57,625 nucleotides of DNA from an uncultured bacterium (GTDB taxonomy: Bacteria; Desulfobacterota; GWC2-55-46; JAJCZF01): positions 1 through 57,625 of the forward strand of contig CBDVCO010000002.1 of assembly GCA_965372515.1 (NCBI GenBank). Direction: 5' to 3'. The notes below the pieces were generated by a model, which was given only the letters and a program-made list of their open reading frames with translations, did no database searches and was not told the origin of the DNA. The translations under genes were made by a program, and so were the position numbers. Below, piece by piece: positions 1 through 10,250 of the stretch; position 1 is the stretch's first letter, and each line of letters opens with the position of its first letter.

Positions 1-503
1 GCCCCGCCAGAGACGAAGAGCGGCCAGAGGCTATCTTCATTGTCGTAAAAACGCGCGAAGGCCCATAGAGCCACGAGCGTAAAGGCGTTTAAAAAGACCT
101 CAACATTGGGGAGGTTCGCCTCAAGGTATACGGAGTTCTGGATAAGGGTCCAGAAGGCCGCGCCAATGATGGCGGCGTTAAGGCCGGCAAGTTTTCTTAC
201 AAATAGAAAGAGAAAGACGAGCGAAATAAGTGAGAAAAAGAGGCCGAGATATACGACGCCGGACGGGGAGTAGCCCCACAAAAGCTCGGCGGCCATGAAG
301 GCCAAAAAGACACCGGGCGGCTTGTGGTCCCAGAGATTGGTATAAAGCTCGGCCCCGCCGAGCATCTCATGGGCCATATAACCGTAGGTCGTAAGGTCAA
401 TCGGCAGGACCTCGCCCAGGGAATAGAGTGTCAAGGCGATGTTTGCCAGAACGATTACCACGAGTAAAGCGTATTTTACAAAGGAAGTTTCTCTATAAAC
501 CAT
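1..503 (-). CDS. GT-C fold membrane glycosyltransferase (ArnT/PMT-like), paralog of the next gene; C-terminal part lies beyond the window start
   Basis: Absent from the ORF track because it has no stop in the window. My translation from ATG at 503..501 gives MVYRETSFVKYALLVVIVLANIALTLYSLGEVLPIDLTTYGYMAHEMLGGAELYTNLWDHKPPGVFLAFMAAELLWGYSP... This is collinear with the N-terminus of the 586..2145 protein, including the shared WDHKPPG(I/V)F...ELLWGY block. Confidence 0.7.
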   Translation of the reverse strand, partial: MVYRETSFVKYALLVVIVLANIALTLYSLGEVLPIDLTTYGYMAHEMLGGAELYTNLWDHKPPGVFLAFMAAELLWGYSPSGVVYLGLFFSLISLVFLFLFVRKLAGLNAAIIGAAFWTLIQNSVYLEANLPNVEVFLNAFTLVALWAFARFYDNEDSLWPLFVSGG

Positions 504-585
504 AAGCCCCGTGCCAGAGGTGTAGGCAAGCGTAGATAGAGATTAAAAATTACCACTAAGGGGTCTTCAAGGCAAGGGAATTTGA

Positions 586-2145
586 CTATTCCCGGCTAGC
601 CTGGGTAGCCGGGCAGTCGCCCTTACCGTCCTGGCCCCTGAACTTATGCTCGTATACCAGATATCTCATAAACTTCGGACCGATATATTCGTATCTCTCC
701 TCTAAAAGGTCGTTGAATATATCGTCGTCCACCCACCGGGTATGCGTATTGTAGATAATATAGGCCGGGGGTGAAGCTTTTATTGATTCGTAAGTCTGCC
801 TTCTCCTCTTAAGCATCCCTTGTGGAGAGCCCTCGAAAAAATGAGATATGAAGATCACAGGGGCCGCCGCGCTTCTCTGGCTGTAGAAGTATATGCCCGT
901 ATCCTTTCCCCATTCGTAGATAGTTTCGCACGGCGACGTCTTTTCTTTCATATATAGGCCCATCTGCTTAGCTTGAAGAAAGCTCGGCCCGTACTTCTTT
1001 ATAGAGATCTCATTAGGGGTCATCTTCAAAAATCTAACTTGTTGGTAGACGAGATAGCCGGCCGTAGCAAGAAAGACCGCAACAACCACGAAGCTCGCCG
1101 CTACCTCCCCCCTACCCTTTAGGACCCTGAAAATATCCGAGATAAAGAGCGCCGGGAGTATACAAAACGCCGGAAGCAAAAGCTGATAATAGTGCATATA
1201 AAACTGGCCGGGACTTGCCAGCGCCACTATAAGCCCGGCGGGCAGCAGGACGAGGTACGCTCGGGGTAGAGGCCCGTACTCTTTCCTGCTCAGGAAGAAC
1301 CAGAGAAGAGTAAGTACACCTAGAGAGCGAGTCTCTATCATCGACGAACCCAGAAAAGTCCTGGGTTGTGAAAAGAATGTCCAAATGTTTTGTAAAATAT
1401 TCTGGGAATAGTACAGGTTGTGGCTGAAGACCGCCTCGAAGAAGTCTTCGAACCGTCCGGAGAGGGCGAAGTACGAAAAAAAACCCGCCCACACTATAAG
1501 GCCGGGGAGGCCGAAGAAGAAGAGCCTCCTTAAAAGCCTCTTAAAGTCAAACCCACCCTCTTTCTCTCTGACCGTAATCGCAAGAGAAATTGCGATGGCT
1601 AAAAACGGGAAGACGGCTATGGTCTTAAAGACCGACGAGATGGCGAAGAAGAGGCCACAGAGAAAGAGATAACCCCTCTTTCCCTCATGGAAGTTCACAA
1701 GAGCCCACAGGGATATAAAGAGAAAGGTGTTCATAAAGAGCTCGGCATTGGGCTGGTTGGCCTGTACGAGAAAAGAGTTGGAGGCTAATGCCCAGAACAG
1801 GGAGCCGGCCAGGGCTACCCGGACCCCTGCGAGCTTGGTGAGGAAACCAAAGAGAAATACAAGCGAGATGAGTGTGAAGGTTATCCCGATATATGTAATT
1901 GCCCCGGGGCCGTACCCCCACAAAAGCTCCGAAAGCATATATACGCCAAATATCCCCGGGGGCTTGTGGTCCCAGACACCCGCATATAACATCTCGCCCG
2001 ACAACATCCTGTGAGCGTTATAAGCGTAGCTCGCCAGATCCCTCTCAAGCGGTTCTCCAAGCGAATGAAGGCGAAGATAGACTGTAAGGACGATGATTAT
2101 AAAGAGGATCAGATAGTGTAGGGCGCTAGCGTTCTTTTTCGTCAT
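586..2145 (-). CDS. GT-C fold integral-membrane glycosyltransferase (ArnT/PMT-like); substrate unknown
   Basis: 519 aa with many hydrophobic helices in the first ~370 aa. First periplasmic-loop motif is AGVWDHKPPGIFGVY, followed by a soluble C-terminal part. Family call is by resemblance to polyprenyl-phosphate-sugar-dependent GT-C enzymes. Confidence 0.6.
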   Translation of the reverse strand: MTKKNASALHYLILFIIIVLTVYLRLHSLGEPLERDLASYAYNAHRMLSGEMLYAGVWDHKPPGIFGVYMLSELLWGYGPGAITYIGITFTLISLVFLFGFLTKLAGVRVALAGSLFWALASNSFLVQANQPNAELFMNTFLFISLWALVNFHEGKRGYLFLCGLFFAISSVFKTIAVFPFLAIAISLAITVREKEGGFDFKRLLRRLFFFGLPGLIVWAGFFSYFALSGRFEDFFEAVFSHNLYYSQNILQNIWTFFSQPRTFLGSSMIETRSLGVLTLLWFFLSRKEYGPLPRAYLVLLPAGLIVALASPGQFYMHYYQLLLPAFCILPALFISDIFRVLKGRGEVAASFVVVAVFLATAGYLVYQQVRFLKMTPNEISIKKYGPSFLQAKQMGLYMKEKTSPCETIYEWGKDTGIYFYSQRSAAAPVIFISHFFEGSPQGMLKRRRQTYESIKASPPAYIIYNTHTRWVDDDIFNDLLEERYEYIGPKFMRYLVYEHKFRGQDGKGDCPATQASRE

Positions 2146-2190
2146 AAGACCCTGAAGGCTAAGCCGAATAGACAGCCGGAAAACGAATAA

Positions 2191-2238
2191 GAGAAAACCC
2201 CCGGAAGCTTCGGTATTTAAGCCAGAGAGTTCCGGGGG
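2191..2238 (-). terminator. Intrinsic terminator closing the tRNA-Pro/Arg/His cluster
   Basis: The minus-strand RNA reads cccccggaa..(23-nt loop with a small inner gctt/aagc stem)..ttccggggg followed by uuuucuc. Arms are at 2198..2206 and 2230..2238. It lies 10 nt downstream of tRNA-His. Confidence 0.5.
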
Positions 2239-2247
2239 CTTTTATAA

Positions 2248-2325
2248 TGGGGTGGATGAGGGGAGTCGAACCCCCGGCCTCCGGAGTCACAGTCCGGCGC
2301 TCTAACCAGCTGAGCTACACCCACC
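2248..2325 (-). tRNA. tRNA-His (anticodon GTG)
   Basis: Hand-folded cloverleaf. It has an extra G(-1) paired to C73, a GTGGGTG/CATCCAC acceptor stem, anticodon loop CTGTGAC and a GGTTCGACT T-loop. CCA is encoded. Confidence 0.95.
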
Positions 2326-2402
2326 ATAAAGATAGCTTTTAGAGAGGAGGCCCGCTGAAGAGAAGGCCTCCGAAAATAGACTTAAAAATACCGTTATATA
2401 TT

Positions 2403-2479
<77 letters not shown>

Positions 2480-2532
2480 AAACCCTTTATATTACAGGCA
2501 TCGGGAGCGGCAAAAAATACCCCCCACATTAC

Positions 2533-2609
<77 letters not shown>

Positions 2610-2711
2610 TCATAAATAACAATCTGCCACGAGGTTATACGCGTGGCAGATTGAATCGAACCATTATAAAAACTACCATAATAGCACGGCCTTTGCAATG
2701 GCTTTGCCAGG

Positions 2712-3605
2712 TTAGTCCCCGGAAACTGAGTTACCAGACTCCTTTAAGAGCGGGAAGCCGAGCTCTTCCCTGACCTTCAAAAAGCCCTCGGCCGTCCCTC
2801 TCGCCAGCGCCCTCACCCTGCCGATATAGCGCGTCCTCTCGGCCACGCTTATCGCCCCCCTCGCGTCAAGGAGGTTAAAGGTATGCGAGCATTTAAGGCA
2901 TAGGTCGTAGGCGGGAAGTATCAGGAGCTTATCTATGAGTTTCTTTGCCTCCTCCTCATACATATCAAAGAGCAGGGTAAGTTTAGAGACATCCGCCTCG
3001 TCGAAATTATATCCGGAAAATTCCACCTCACCCCTGTGGTGGACATCGCCGTAGCTTATACCCTTTGCCCACTCAAGGTCGAAGACCGAATCGACCCCCT
3101 GGATATACATGGCAATGCGTTCAAGGCCGTAGGTTATCTCACCGCTTACGGGCTTAAGCTCAATTCCTCCCGCCTGCTGAAAATAGGTAAACTGGGTTAT
3201 CTCCATGCCGTCGAGCCAGACCTCCCACCCGAGCCCCCAGGCCCCGAGTGTAGGCGACTCCCAGTCGTCCTCGACAAAACGTATGTCGTGCGCCAGAGGG
3301 TCTATGCCCAGCATCTTGAGGCTATCCAGATAGATATCCTGGATATCGTCCGGCGAGGGCTTGAGGATCACCTGATACTGGTAATAGTGCTGAAGCCTGT
3401 TTGGGTTTTCGCCGAAGCGGCCGTCGGTAGGACGCCTTGAGGGTTGCACGTAAGCCGCCCTCCAGGGCTCCGGTCCAAGCACCCTTAGGAAGGTCGCCGG
3501 ATGGAAGGTCCCCGCGCCCATCTCCATATCATATGGCTGGTGGATTATACAGCCCCGCTCGGCCCAGAATTTCTGAAGCCCTATGATCAAGTCCTGAAAG
3601 TACAT
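2712..3605 (-). CDS. glyQ: Glycine--tRNA ligase alpha subunit
   Basis: [48 protein letters not shown]... is the highly conserved GlyQ sequence. I place the start at ATG 3605 because GGAGGA sits 4 nt upstream. The ORF-track start at 3617 is a TTG inside that Shine-Dalgarno sequence. Confidence 0.96.
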   Translation of the reverse strand: MYFQDLIIGLQKFWAERGCIIHQPYDMEMGAGTFHPATFLRVLGPEPWRAAYVQPSRRPTDGRFGENPNRLQHYYQYQVILKPSPDDIQDIYLDSLKMLGIDPLAHDIRFVEDDWESPTLGAWGLGWEVWLDGMEITQFTYFQQAGGIELKPVSGEITYGLERIAMYIQGVDSVFDLEWAKGISYGDVHHRGEVEFSGYNFDEADVSKLTLLFDMYEEEAKKLIDKLLILPAYDLCLKCSHTFNLLDARGAISVAERTRYIGRVRALARGTAEGFLKVREELGFPLLKESGNSVSGD

Positions 3606-3640
3606 CTGTTCCTCCAATAAATATTTATTGCGAAAACTAT

Positions 3641-4414
3641 TTATATACCGGCGCTCCTGAGGCTCTCCATAAACTTCTTTGTCTTTAATTCCCTGCCGGT
3701 CTGGAAACGGATAAAGTCGGTCAGTACCTTCTCGCTCTCGTCAAGGAGCGTGCGACCCGGCACAAGGCGATGGAGCTTTACGGCGTCGAACTTCAAAGCC
3801 GAACGAAGAAAAGAGGCCGTACCCAGAGAGAGCGGTATGAGCCCCCGTGCGCCTGATTTACCGGCGCACTCCACACAGACCATGCCGCCCTTTGAGGAGC
3901 TGAAGAAATTCTTTGCCCCACGAGGCTCGCCCCTGCATATCACACAGCCCGAAAGATGGGGGATAAGGCCGATCCCGTCCAGAAAGCGCATCTCAAAAGA
4001 GCGGGCGATCAGATCAAAGCAGTCCTGCACACCCAGTAGTTTTAGGAAGCTGATAAGTGTAGTGAATATAACGCTGCTTGGCTGCCCGTCGCCGGTCATC
4101 TCGTTTACAAGCTCAAGAAAATAGGAACCGTAGGAGACCGTCTCTATATCCGCCTTAAGCGGCTCAAAGCCGTCGAGCAACTTTGCGTCATCCACCCTTA
4201 CAAGGTCCGACTTGCCGTTACAGAAAAAATTCATGGAAATATGCGAAGGCGGCTCGAGTGTGCCGACAAATCTCCGCCTGCTCCTTCGCGCGCCCTTTGC
4301 TATGCCTTTTATCTTTCCAAACTCTGCGGTATAGAGCGTAAGTATCGAGTCCGACTCGCCGTAGTCGAAACTGAAGAGGACGATCGCCTCGCTCTTGTAA
4401 GGACCCCTTTTCAT
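3641..4414 (-). CDS. recO: DNA repair protein RecO
   Basis: [49 protein letters not shown] matches the RecO OB-fold N-terminus. A C-terminal CxxC...CxxC zinc motif is present (CVIC...CVEC). Start is taken at ATG 4414, which overlaps the mgtE stop (ATGA). The 39-aa upstream extension in the ORF track lies inside mgtE. Confidence 0.85.
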   Translation of the reverse strand: MKRGPYKSEAIVLFSFDYGESDSILTLYTAEFGKIKGIAKGARRSRRRFVGTLEPPSHISMNFFCNGKSDLVRVDDAKLLDGFEPLKADIETVSYGSYFLELVNEMTGDGQPSSVIFTTLISFLKLLGVQDCFDLIARSFEMRFLDGIGLIPHLSGCVICRGEPRGAKNFFSSSKGGMVCVECAGKSGARGLIPLSLGTASFLRSALKFDAVKLHRLVPGRTLLDESEKVLTDFIRFQTGRELKTKKFMESLRSAGI

Positions 4415-5763
4415 AAGAACCCCAACTTCATGAATACCGACGCGAGCCCGAGGAAGGTAAAGAACCCGGCTATATCCGTACAGGCCGTGACGAATACGGA
4501 AGATGAAAGCGCGGGGTCGAGCTTTAACCACTTGAGTATAAGCGGTATGGTCGCCCCGCCGATACCCGCGACAAAAAGGTTGGCCGTCATCGCCATGAAC
4601 ATCAACAGACCGAGCATGGCGCTTGCGCCGAGCAGGTACGCAACAACAGCTGCGACCGCTCCAACGAGGAGCCCGTTAGAGAGCCCGACCACGGCCTCCT
4701 TTAAAAGCACGCGCCGGGCGTTTCGCATCTGAAGCTCCCCGAGCGCAAGCCCCCTTATAACGACCGTTATGGTCTGTGTAGCGGCGTTTCCGCCAAGCCC
4801 CGCGACTACCGGCATCATAACCGCAAGTATCACCAGCGCCTCGATCGTTGACTCGAACAGCTTTACCACGCTCGCGGCGAAGAATGCCGTGACAAGGTTT
4901 AGAAGAAGCCACGGCACGCGCATCTTGAACGACCTTCTTGCGGGGTCAAGTGCGCGCTCGCCGACATTCAAACTCGCCATGCGATAGAAATCCTCGAATA
5001 TCTCCTCCTCGATGACATCGACGACGTCGTCCACGGTTATGCGTCCCACCAGCCTGTTCATATTATCGACGACAGACACGGTCAAGAGGTCGTATCTCTG
5101 AAAGATCCTCGCGACCTCCTCCTGGTCAAGATCTGTCGTGACCTTTACGGGCTCCTTATCCATGATCATGCTGATACGCGTCTTTGAGTCGGCGAGTATC
5201 AGCTTGTCGAGGGAGATGACTCCCTTGAGCGCGCCATCGGAAGAGATCGCAAAGACATTCGAGATATTCTCGACAAAAGGGCTGAGTTTTCGAACCTCCT
5301 CGATGGTCTCGTCCACGGTGGCATTTTCGTTGACGCTCACAAGCTCCGCCTGCATCTTCCCGCCGGCCGTATCTTCCGCGTAGCGCAGCAGTTTACGGAC
5401 CTCTATGCTCTCCTCTTCATCGATTGCGTCCAGGACCTTACGGGCATCTTCGCTTGGAAGCTCACTGATGATATCGGCGGCGTCGTCGGTTTCCATCTCA
5501 TCGACGACCTCTACCAGTTCGCCCTGCGATATAAGCGAGATAAGGTCTTCGCGGAGCCTCTCGTCAACCTCGACAAAGACCTCGGAGCCTATCTCCGGGG
5601 GCAAGAGCCTGAAGAGGAAGGCCATATCCTCCTCAATAATCTCCTCAAAGACCCTGGCGATATCACTCGGGTGGAGGGTGGAGAGGTACTCTCTCGCACT
5701 CTCGTCGTCGCGGCTCGTAAGCAATTCACTCACAACATCAATATGATTTTTTACATCTTCCAT
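4411..5763 (-). CDS. mgtE: Magnesium transporter MgtE
   Basis: 450 aa with an acidic N-domain, tandem CBS domains and a C-terminal 5-TM channel domain containing GGNAATQ. Confidence 0.95.
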   Translation of the reverse strand: MEDVKNHIDVVSELLTSRDDESAREYLSTLHPSDIARVFEEIIEEDMAFLFRLLPPEIGSEVFVEVDERLREDLISLISQGELVEVVDEMETDDAADIISELPSEDARKVLDAIDEEESIEVRKLLRYAEDTAGGKMQAELVSVNENATVDETIEEVRKLSPFVENISNVFAISSDGALKGVISLDKLILADSKTRISMIMDKEPVKVTTDLDQEEVARIFQRYDLLTVSVVDNMNRLVGRITVDDVVDVIEEEIFEDFYRMASLNVGERALDPARRSFKMRVPWLLLNLVTAFFAASVVKLFESTIEALVILAVMMPVVAGLGGNAATQTITVVIRGLALGELQMRNARRVLLKEAVVGLSNGLLVGAVAAVVAYLLGASAMLGLLMFMAMTANLFVAGIGGATIPLILKWLKLDPALSSSVFVTACTDIAGFFTFLGLASVFMKLGFL

Positions 5764-5858
5764 AACGCAGTCCAGAACTTGAAAATCCGGTGATCGAAGA
5801 AAAAAATAGAACTATCCGCTAACAAACCGTATCTATCTAAAAAAAGCTTATTCTTAGA

Positions 5859-5888
5859 AAATTAGCACATACAAAAAAGGTAAGTCAA
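5859..5888 (-). promoter_or_regulatory. Candidate sigma70-type promoter for mgtE
   Basis: The minus strand reads TTGACT (5888..5883), an 18-nt spacer, then TAATTT (5864..5859). This is about 95 nt upstream of the mgtE ATG. Pattern match only. Confidence 0.3.
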
Positions 5889-5952
5889 CAGAATAGACTG
5901 GCGGGCAGGCTGCATAAAAGGGATGGGGGGGGGTAGAAAGAGGTATTGGAAC

Positions 5953-6786
5953 CTATTTCTCAAGGAAGAAGGGTATATTCACCGCCCTAAGCACAAACTC
6001 GGTAGTGCTCCCGAGGACCAGCTCGAAGACCCTGGAGTGGTGCGACGAGCCCATGAATATCAGGTCGTGCTCGTTACCTTCCAGGTACTCGACTATATCG
6101 GCAGGGGTGTCGCCCTTGATATGGACAAGCTTGGCATCTATCTCATAGGGCTGGAGGTAGTCCTCGGCGTCCTTCAGCTTCACGGTACCCTCATCGCCAT
6201 GAGAGACCGTAAGCACGGTAAGAGGCATGGAGAAGGCTTTAGAGAACTCCGCGGCGGAATGAAGCGCCTTTGCGGAGTTGGCACTTCCGTCAAAACTTAT
6301 AAGGGCCCTGGTCGGCTCTTTAAACTCGCTTGGGACGACCAGGACCGGCTTGGAGCTCTTTCTCACTACTGCCTCGGCCACGGAACCCATAAGGCCGTAT
6401 TCAAAACCGGCGTTCGCGCCGCGCCGTCCCATTACCACAAGGTCGGCGAGCTTGGCGTGCTCGCATATATTTGTCGAGACTACCCCGGAAGAAAGGGCCT
6501 CGTGGCACTCGACCTTGGCTTCATCGCACCTGGAGATAAAGTTTTCGAGTACGGTCTTTCCGTTCTCCTCGAGAATTGCGCGCATCTTTGAAGAAAAATC
6601 CATAAAAGGCTCAAAACCCATCGAGCCTGAAATGTCATGAAGAAAAGAGCCCTCTAGCGCGACGCTGTCGACGACGTGGAGCCCCGTAACCGTAGCCCCG
6701 AATTTTTTAGCCAGCCACAGGGCGTACCCAACGGCACTTCCCGCGTGAGCGCTGCCGTCATGGGGAACGAGTATATTCTTTATCAT
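5953..6786 (-). CDS. Universal stress protein, tandem USP domains
   Basis: 277 aa. It has two repeats of the UspA-type pattern (ILVPHDGS...A...A...A; VVMGRRG / IFMGSSHHS). AGGAGGA lies upstream of the ATG. Confidence 0.85.
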   Translation of the reverse strand: MIKNILVPHDGSAHAGSAVGYALWLAKKFGATVTGLHVVDSVALEGSFLHDISGSMGFEPFMDFSSKMRAILEENGKTVLENFISRCDEAKVECHEALSSGVVSTNICEHAKLADLVVMGRRGANAGFEYGLMGSVAEAVVRKSSKPVLVVPSEFKEPTRALISFDGSANSAKALHSAAEFSKAFSMPLTVLTVSHGDEGTVKLKDAEDYLQPYEIDAKLVHIKGDTPADIVEYLEGNEHDLIFMGSSHHSRVFELVLGSTTEFVLRAVNIPFFLEK

Positions 6787-6842
6787 CCTTCCTCCTGAAA
6801 TCTCTAATGGATTAAAGTTCTATAGGGATAAGAAAAGGCGCG

Positions 6843-9122
6843 CTACACAGGCACGGGCTTCCTCGTTGACTCTAGCTCAACTTTTATATCAGAGCCGTCA
6901 AGCACCACCTGGAACGAATCGCCGCTCTTCCACTCATGTGTAACAGGGACCTTAACGAGGTCGTCTATCTTCCTCTTTAAAAAGCGCGCCCCATACTTCG
7001 GACTATAGCCAAGCTCGACAAGCCTGTCGAGCGCTTCGGGAGTTACCTCCAGGTGCTTGTCATGGCCCTCCATATTCGCGGCTATAGAGGCCAGATACAT
7101 CCCGGCGATCTCCTTAACCTCTTCCATGGTGAGCGGACTAAAGACTACAATATCATCTATCCTGTTTAAGAACTCGGGAGAGAAATTCCTCTCCACCTCT
7201 TTCATAATATTCTTCTTCAGTCCCCCGGTGTCCTTGCTGTCGTTAAGAAAGCCAAGCGGCTTCAAGAAGCGCTTGAATTCATCCGAGCCGAGGTTACTCG
7301 TAAGTATTATGATAGTGTCGCTAAAGTATACCTTCTTGCCCCTGCCGTCGGTCAAAAAGCCCTCGTCGAATATCTGCAGGAATAGGTTCAATACATACGG
7401 ATGCGCCTTCTCGACCTCGTCGAGGAGGACGACCGAGTACGGGTCATCCTTTACCTGCGTCGTCAATATGCCGCCGCGCTCGGAGCCGACTATACCGCGG
7501 GGCATGCCGATCAATTTATCGACCGAGAGAGCGCCGTCCTTATATTCGCTCATATCTATGCGGATCATCTTCTTTTCGTCGCCAAAGAGATAGTCGGCCG
7601 TAGCCTTGGCAAGCTCTGTCTTTCCGACGCCAGTAGGGCCGAGGAAAAGAAGCACGCCGTCCGGGCTCGCGAAGTTCTCCTTCAAGGGCCCCTTGTTTAG
7701 CCTTAGCCTTTTGGCCACTGCCTTTATGGCTTCTTGTTGCCCTATGATACGGCTTGAGAGCGCATCCTCCATGTCGCTAAACCTCTCCACAGTATCACGC
7801 TCGATCATATCGATGGGTATACCCGTATCCTGGCTTATGACCTCTATAATGTCGTCCGCCCCGACCGGTACATCCGGATGGTTTATCTCCGCCTTTACAG
7901 CCGCGGTATCGAGCCAGCCTATGGCCTTATCCGGAAGCTTAAGCCCGCGCATATACCTGCTGCTCATATCCATGGCGGTCTCAATCGCCGTGTCGGTGAT
8001 ATATACGTTGTAGTTCTTCTCCAGCCTCTCCCTGATGCCATAAATAATCCTACGCGTCTCGTCGATCGAAGGCTCTTTAATAACGACACTCCTGAAACGC
8101 CTGGCAAGCGCCTCATCCTCTGAGATAAACTGCTTGTATTCGCTCATTGTCGTAGCGCCTATTATCTGTACCTCGCCCCTTGTAAGCGTGGACTTAAAGA
8201 TATTGGCGGCGTCAGAAGGCACGCCCATGGCGCTTCCCGCGCCGATAAGGGTATGGGCCTCGTCTATGAAAAGGATGATATTCTTTTTTTCCTTTATCTC
8301 CTTGATTATCTTCTCAATGCGGTCCTCGAACATTCCCCTGAATATTGTGCCCGCAACAATAGAGTTCATCTGAAGATTGATCACCTGCTTATCCCTTAAG
8401 CGCTCCGGGACCTTATCGGGCTCAAGCTCTATAATGCGCGCGATCCCCTCGGCCACGGCGGTCTTGCCCACGCCCGGCTCTCCGATAAGCATCACGGAAT
8501 TAGAGCGGTCTATATGGCAGAGTATCTCCATTACCTGTCCGATCTCCTCATCCCTGCCGACCAGGTTGGGCAGTTTATCGAGCCTTGCAAGCCGGTTTAA
8601 GTTAGTAGCGAAGTGCTTGAGGTTCGGCGGGAGTTCATACTTCTTCTTTACCACCTCGTCCCTATCTTCATTGGTACGTATCTTCACAGTAATACGGCTC
8701 ATAACGAAGTCGGGATCAATGCCGAAGCTCCTGAATATCCTCGGCGGCAGGCTATGATTCTCCTGAAAGATCGCGATGAAGAGATCGCTCGGGGTCACCT
8801 CGCCGCGCCCCCTCCTCTGCGCTTCTTCCCAGGCGAGCTTAAAGATATTGCGCGTAGCGGGGGGGACCTTCAGCCCGACGCCTATATACTGGCGGGTTAT
8901 GTTCAGATGTTCGTTGAGGAAATTAAGGACGTGGTCGGTGTCGAGGTTAAGGTCCTCCATGACCTCCGTGAAGAACTCCTCCTCGACAGAGGCGAACGCA
9001 AGGAATATATGTTCAACGCCCAGGTAGTAATGCTGGCGTTTCTTGCTCTCATCGACCGCTTCATCGATAAGGGCACAGGCCCTGGGGCTGAGTCTTGCTT
9101 TTAGTTCTTCGATCTCCTTCAT
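6843..9122 (-). CDS. AAA+ Clp/Hsp100 unfoldase, ClpA-like architecture (Clp_N + two NBDs, no long middle domain)
   Basis: Clp N-domain repeats are present. NBD1 has Walker A GEPGVGKTAVAEG and Walker B ILFIDEAH. NBD2 has GPTGVGKTELAKA and VVLLDEVEKAH. KPLGFLN lies at the position of the ClpP-docking (I/L)GF loop. The start is ambiguous: ATG 9122 (used here) or TTG 9158. Confidence 0.85.
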   Translation of the reverse strand: MKEIEELKARLSPRACALIDEAVDESKKRQHYYLGVEHIFLAFASVEEEFFTEVMEDLNLDTDHVLNFLNEHLNITRQYIGVGLKVPPATRNIFKLAWEEAQRRGRGEVTPSDLFIAIFQENHSLPPRIFRSFGIDPDFVMSRITVKIRTNEDRDEVVKKKYELPPNLKHFATNLNRLARLDKLPNLVGRDEEIGQVMEILCHIDRSNSVMLIGEPGVGKTAVAEGIARIIELEPDKVPERLRDKQVINLQMNSIVAGTIFRGMFEDRIEKIIKEIKEKKNIILFIDEAHTLIGAGSAMGVPSDAANIFKSTLTRGEVQIIGATTMSEYKQFISEDEALARRFRSVVIKEPSIDETRRIIYGIRERLEKNYNVYITDTAIETAMDMSSRYMRGLKLPDKAIGWLDTAAVKAEINHPDVPVGADDIIEVISQDTGIPIDMIERDTVERFSDMEDALSSRIIGQQEAIKAVAKRLRLNKGPLKENFASPDGVLLFLGPTGVGKTELAKATADYLFGDEKKMIRIDMSEYKDGALSVDKLIGMPRGIVGSERGGILTTQVKDDPYSVVLLDEVEKAHPYVLNLFLQIFDEGFLTDGRGKKVYFSDTIIILTSNLGSDEFKRFLKPLGFLNDSKDTGGLKKNIMKEVERNFSPEFLNRIDDIVVFSPLTMEEVKEIAGMYLASIAANMEGHDKHLEVTPEALDRLVELGYSPKYGARFLKRKIDDLVKVPVTHEWKSGDSFQVVLDGSDIKVELESTRKPVPV

Positions 9123-9243
9123 CGAGGCTTCCCCGGCCTCTTGAAAGCCGGCGTCCAAAGACGTAGCTTATCAAGGCCATTTAAAACCCTAAAACGGGAT
9201 ATCCCGGCAAACCAAGGCACCGGGACGCGATTTTCCTAGTATT

Positions 9244-10134
9244 TTACCATAAACCGCTTCTTGGTTCATAGGTATTTATTTTAGAAAACTCCTCTATAAG
9301 CTCTCTGGACCTCTTGTTTATAGGCTTAGGTACGCTTATCATTATATTGAGATACATATCTCCCCTGCCCTGTCCCTTTACACCCTTTACACCCTCTTTC
9401 TTGAGCCTTAATTTCTGCCCCCCCTTCGTGCCGGGCGGCACCTTGACCGTGGTGGTCCCGGTAAGCGTAGGCACGGTGATCAAAGCGCCCAGGAGGGCTT
9501 CTTTAATAGTGATCGGCACATCGAGATATATTTTCGAGCCCTTTCTGCTAAAGTAGGGATGCGATTTGACTCTGGTAACTATATAGAGGTCGCCGGCCCC
9601 GGCGCCTTTAACACCGGGATTACCCTTACCCTTAAGCTTCACCTTTGATCCGTCGTCAACACCGGCCGGGATCTTAACGGTGATCTTCTCTCTCTTTTTG
9701 CCCCTGGTTACGGTAATCTTAAACTCGGAGCCAAGGGCCGCCTGCATAAAGTCGATCTCCATCGCGCTCTCAATATCCGTACCTCTCCTCGGCGGAGCGG
9801 GGCCGCCTCTACCTTCGAACATCGCGCTAAAAAGATCCTCAATGCCGCCCATACCTCCCATGCTAAAACCCCCGCGTCCACCCGCGTTGAAGGGCCCGCC
9901 CATGACAGGCTCGAAGACCTCTTTACCGGCATAATCATAGTCGGCTCGCTTCTTGGGGTCAGTGAGAACGCTCTGGGCCTCGTTTATCTCCTTGAATTTG
10001 GCCTCCATTGACTTATCCCCGGGATGGAGATCGGGGTGGTACTTTCTGGCGAGCTTCTTATATGCCTTTTTGATCTCGCCGGTTGTGGCCTCTTCGCTCA
10101 CACCGAGTACCTTATAGTAGTCCTTCTTTCGCAT
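9244..10134 (-). CDS. J-domain co-chaperone, class II (CbpA-like: J domain, G/F region, C-terminal substrate domains, no zinc finger)
   Basis: KDYYKVLGV...KKAYKKLARKYHPDLHP carries the HPD motif. A Gly-rich linker follows (GGPFNAGGRGGFSMGGMGG). No CxxCxGxG repeats are present. Confidence 0.85.
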   Translation of the reverse strand: MRKKDYYKVLGVSEEATTGEIKKAYKKLARKYHPDLHPGDKSMEAKFKEINEAQSVLTDPKKRADYDYAGKEVFEPVMGGPFNAGGRGGFSMGGMGGIEDLFSAMFEGRGGPAPPRRGTDIESAMEIDFMQAALGSEFKITVTRGKKREKITVKIPAGVDDGSKVKLKGKGNPGVKGAGAGDLYIVTRVKSHPYFSRKGSKIYLDVPITIKEALLGALITVPTLTGTTTVKVPPGTKGGQKLRLKKEGVKGVKGQGRGDMYLNIMISVPKPINKRSRELIEEFSKINTYEPRSGLW

Positions 10135-10172
10135 AATAGTATCCTAGACTAATCTCAAGAAAGTTCAACCGT

Positions 10173-10206
10173 AAAAAAAAAAGGGGCACCCGAAAACGGG
10201 CACCCC
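10173..10206 (-). terminator. Intrinsic terminator after dnaK
   Basis: The minus-strand RNA reads ggggugcccg-uuuu-cgggugcccc followed by U10. This is a 10-bp stem with two G-U pairs that form only in the minus-strand transcript. It lies 45 nt after the dnaK stop. Confidence 0.65.
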
Positions 10207-10250
10207 TCTAAGCTGTAGCTTCATTCCTGATATTTAAGTAAGGCCCCTAA

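Noticed and set aside
4415-4531. N-terminal extensions proposed by the ORF track: RecO to 4531, YhcC-like to 27680, DUF4139 to 49216, GlyQ to 3617, ThiH to 44753.
   Set aside because: The extensions overlap the upstream gene or a terminator or Shine-Dalgarno sequence. Homology starts at the internal Met, where an ATGA overlap or a good ribosome-binding site is found.
5925-5933. A G9 homopolymer between the usp stop and the mgtE promoter as a phase-variation switch.
   Set aside because: It lies outside the -35/-10 spacer and outside any CDS, so length changes have no obvious regulatory consequence.
5764-5952. Possible M-box (Mg2+) riboswitch upstream of mgtE.
   Set aside because: Reading the minus strand, I could not find the conserved M-box core segments or a multi-helix architecture. 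Only a promoter-like TTGACT/TAATTT pair is present. An Rfam scan would settle it.
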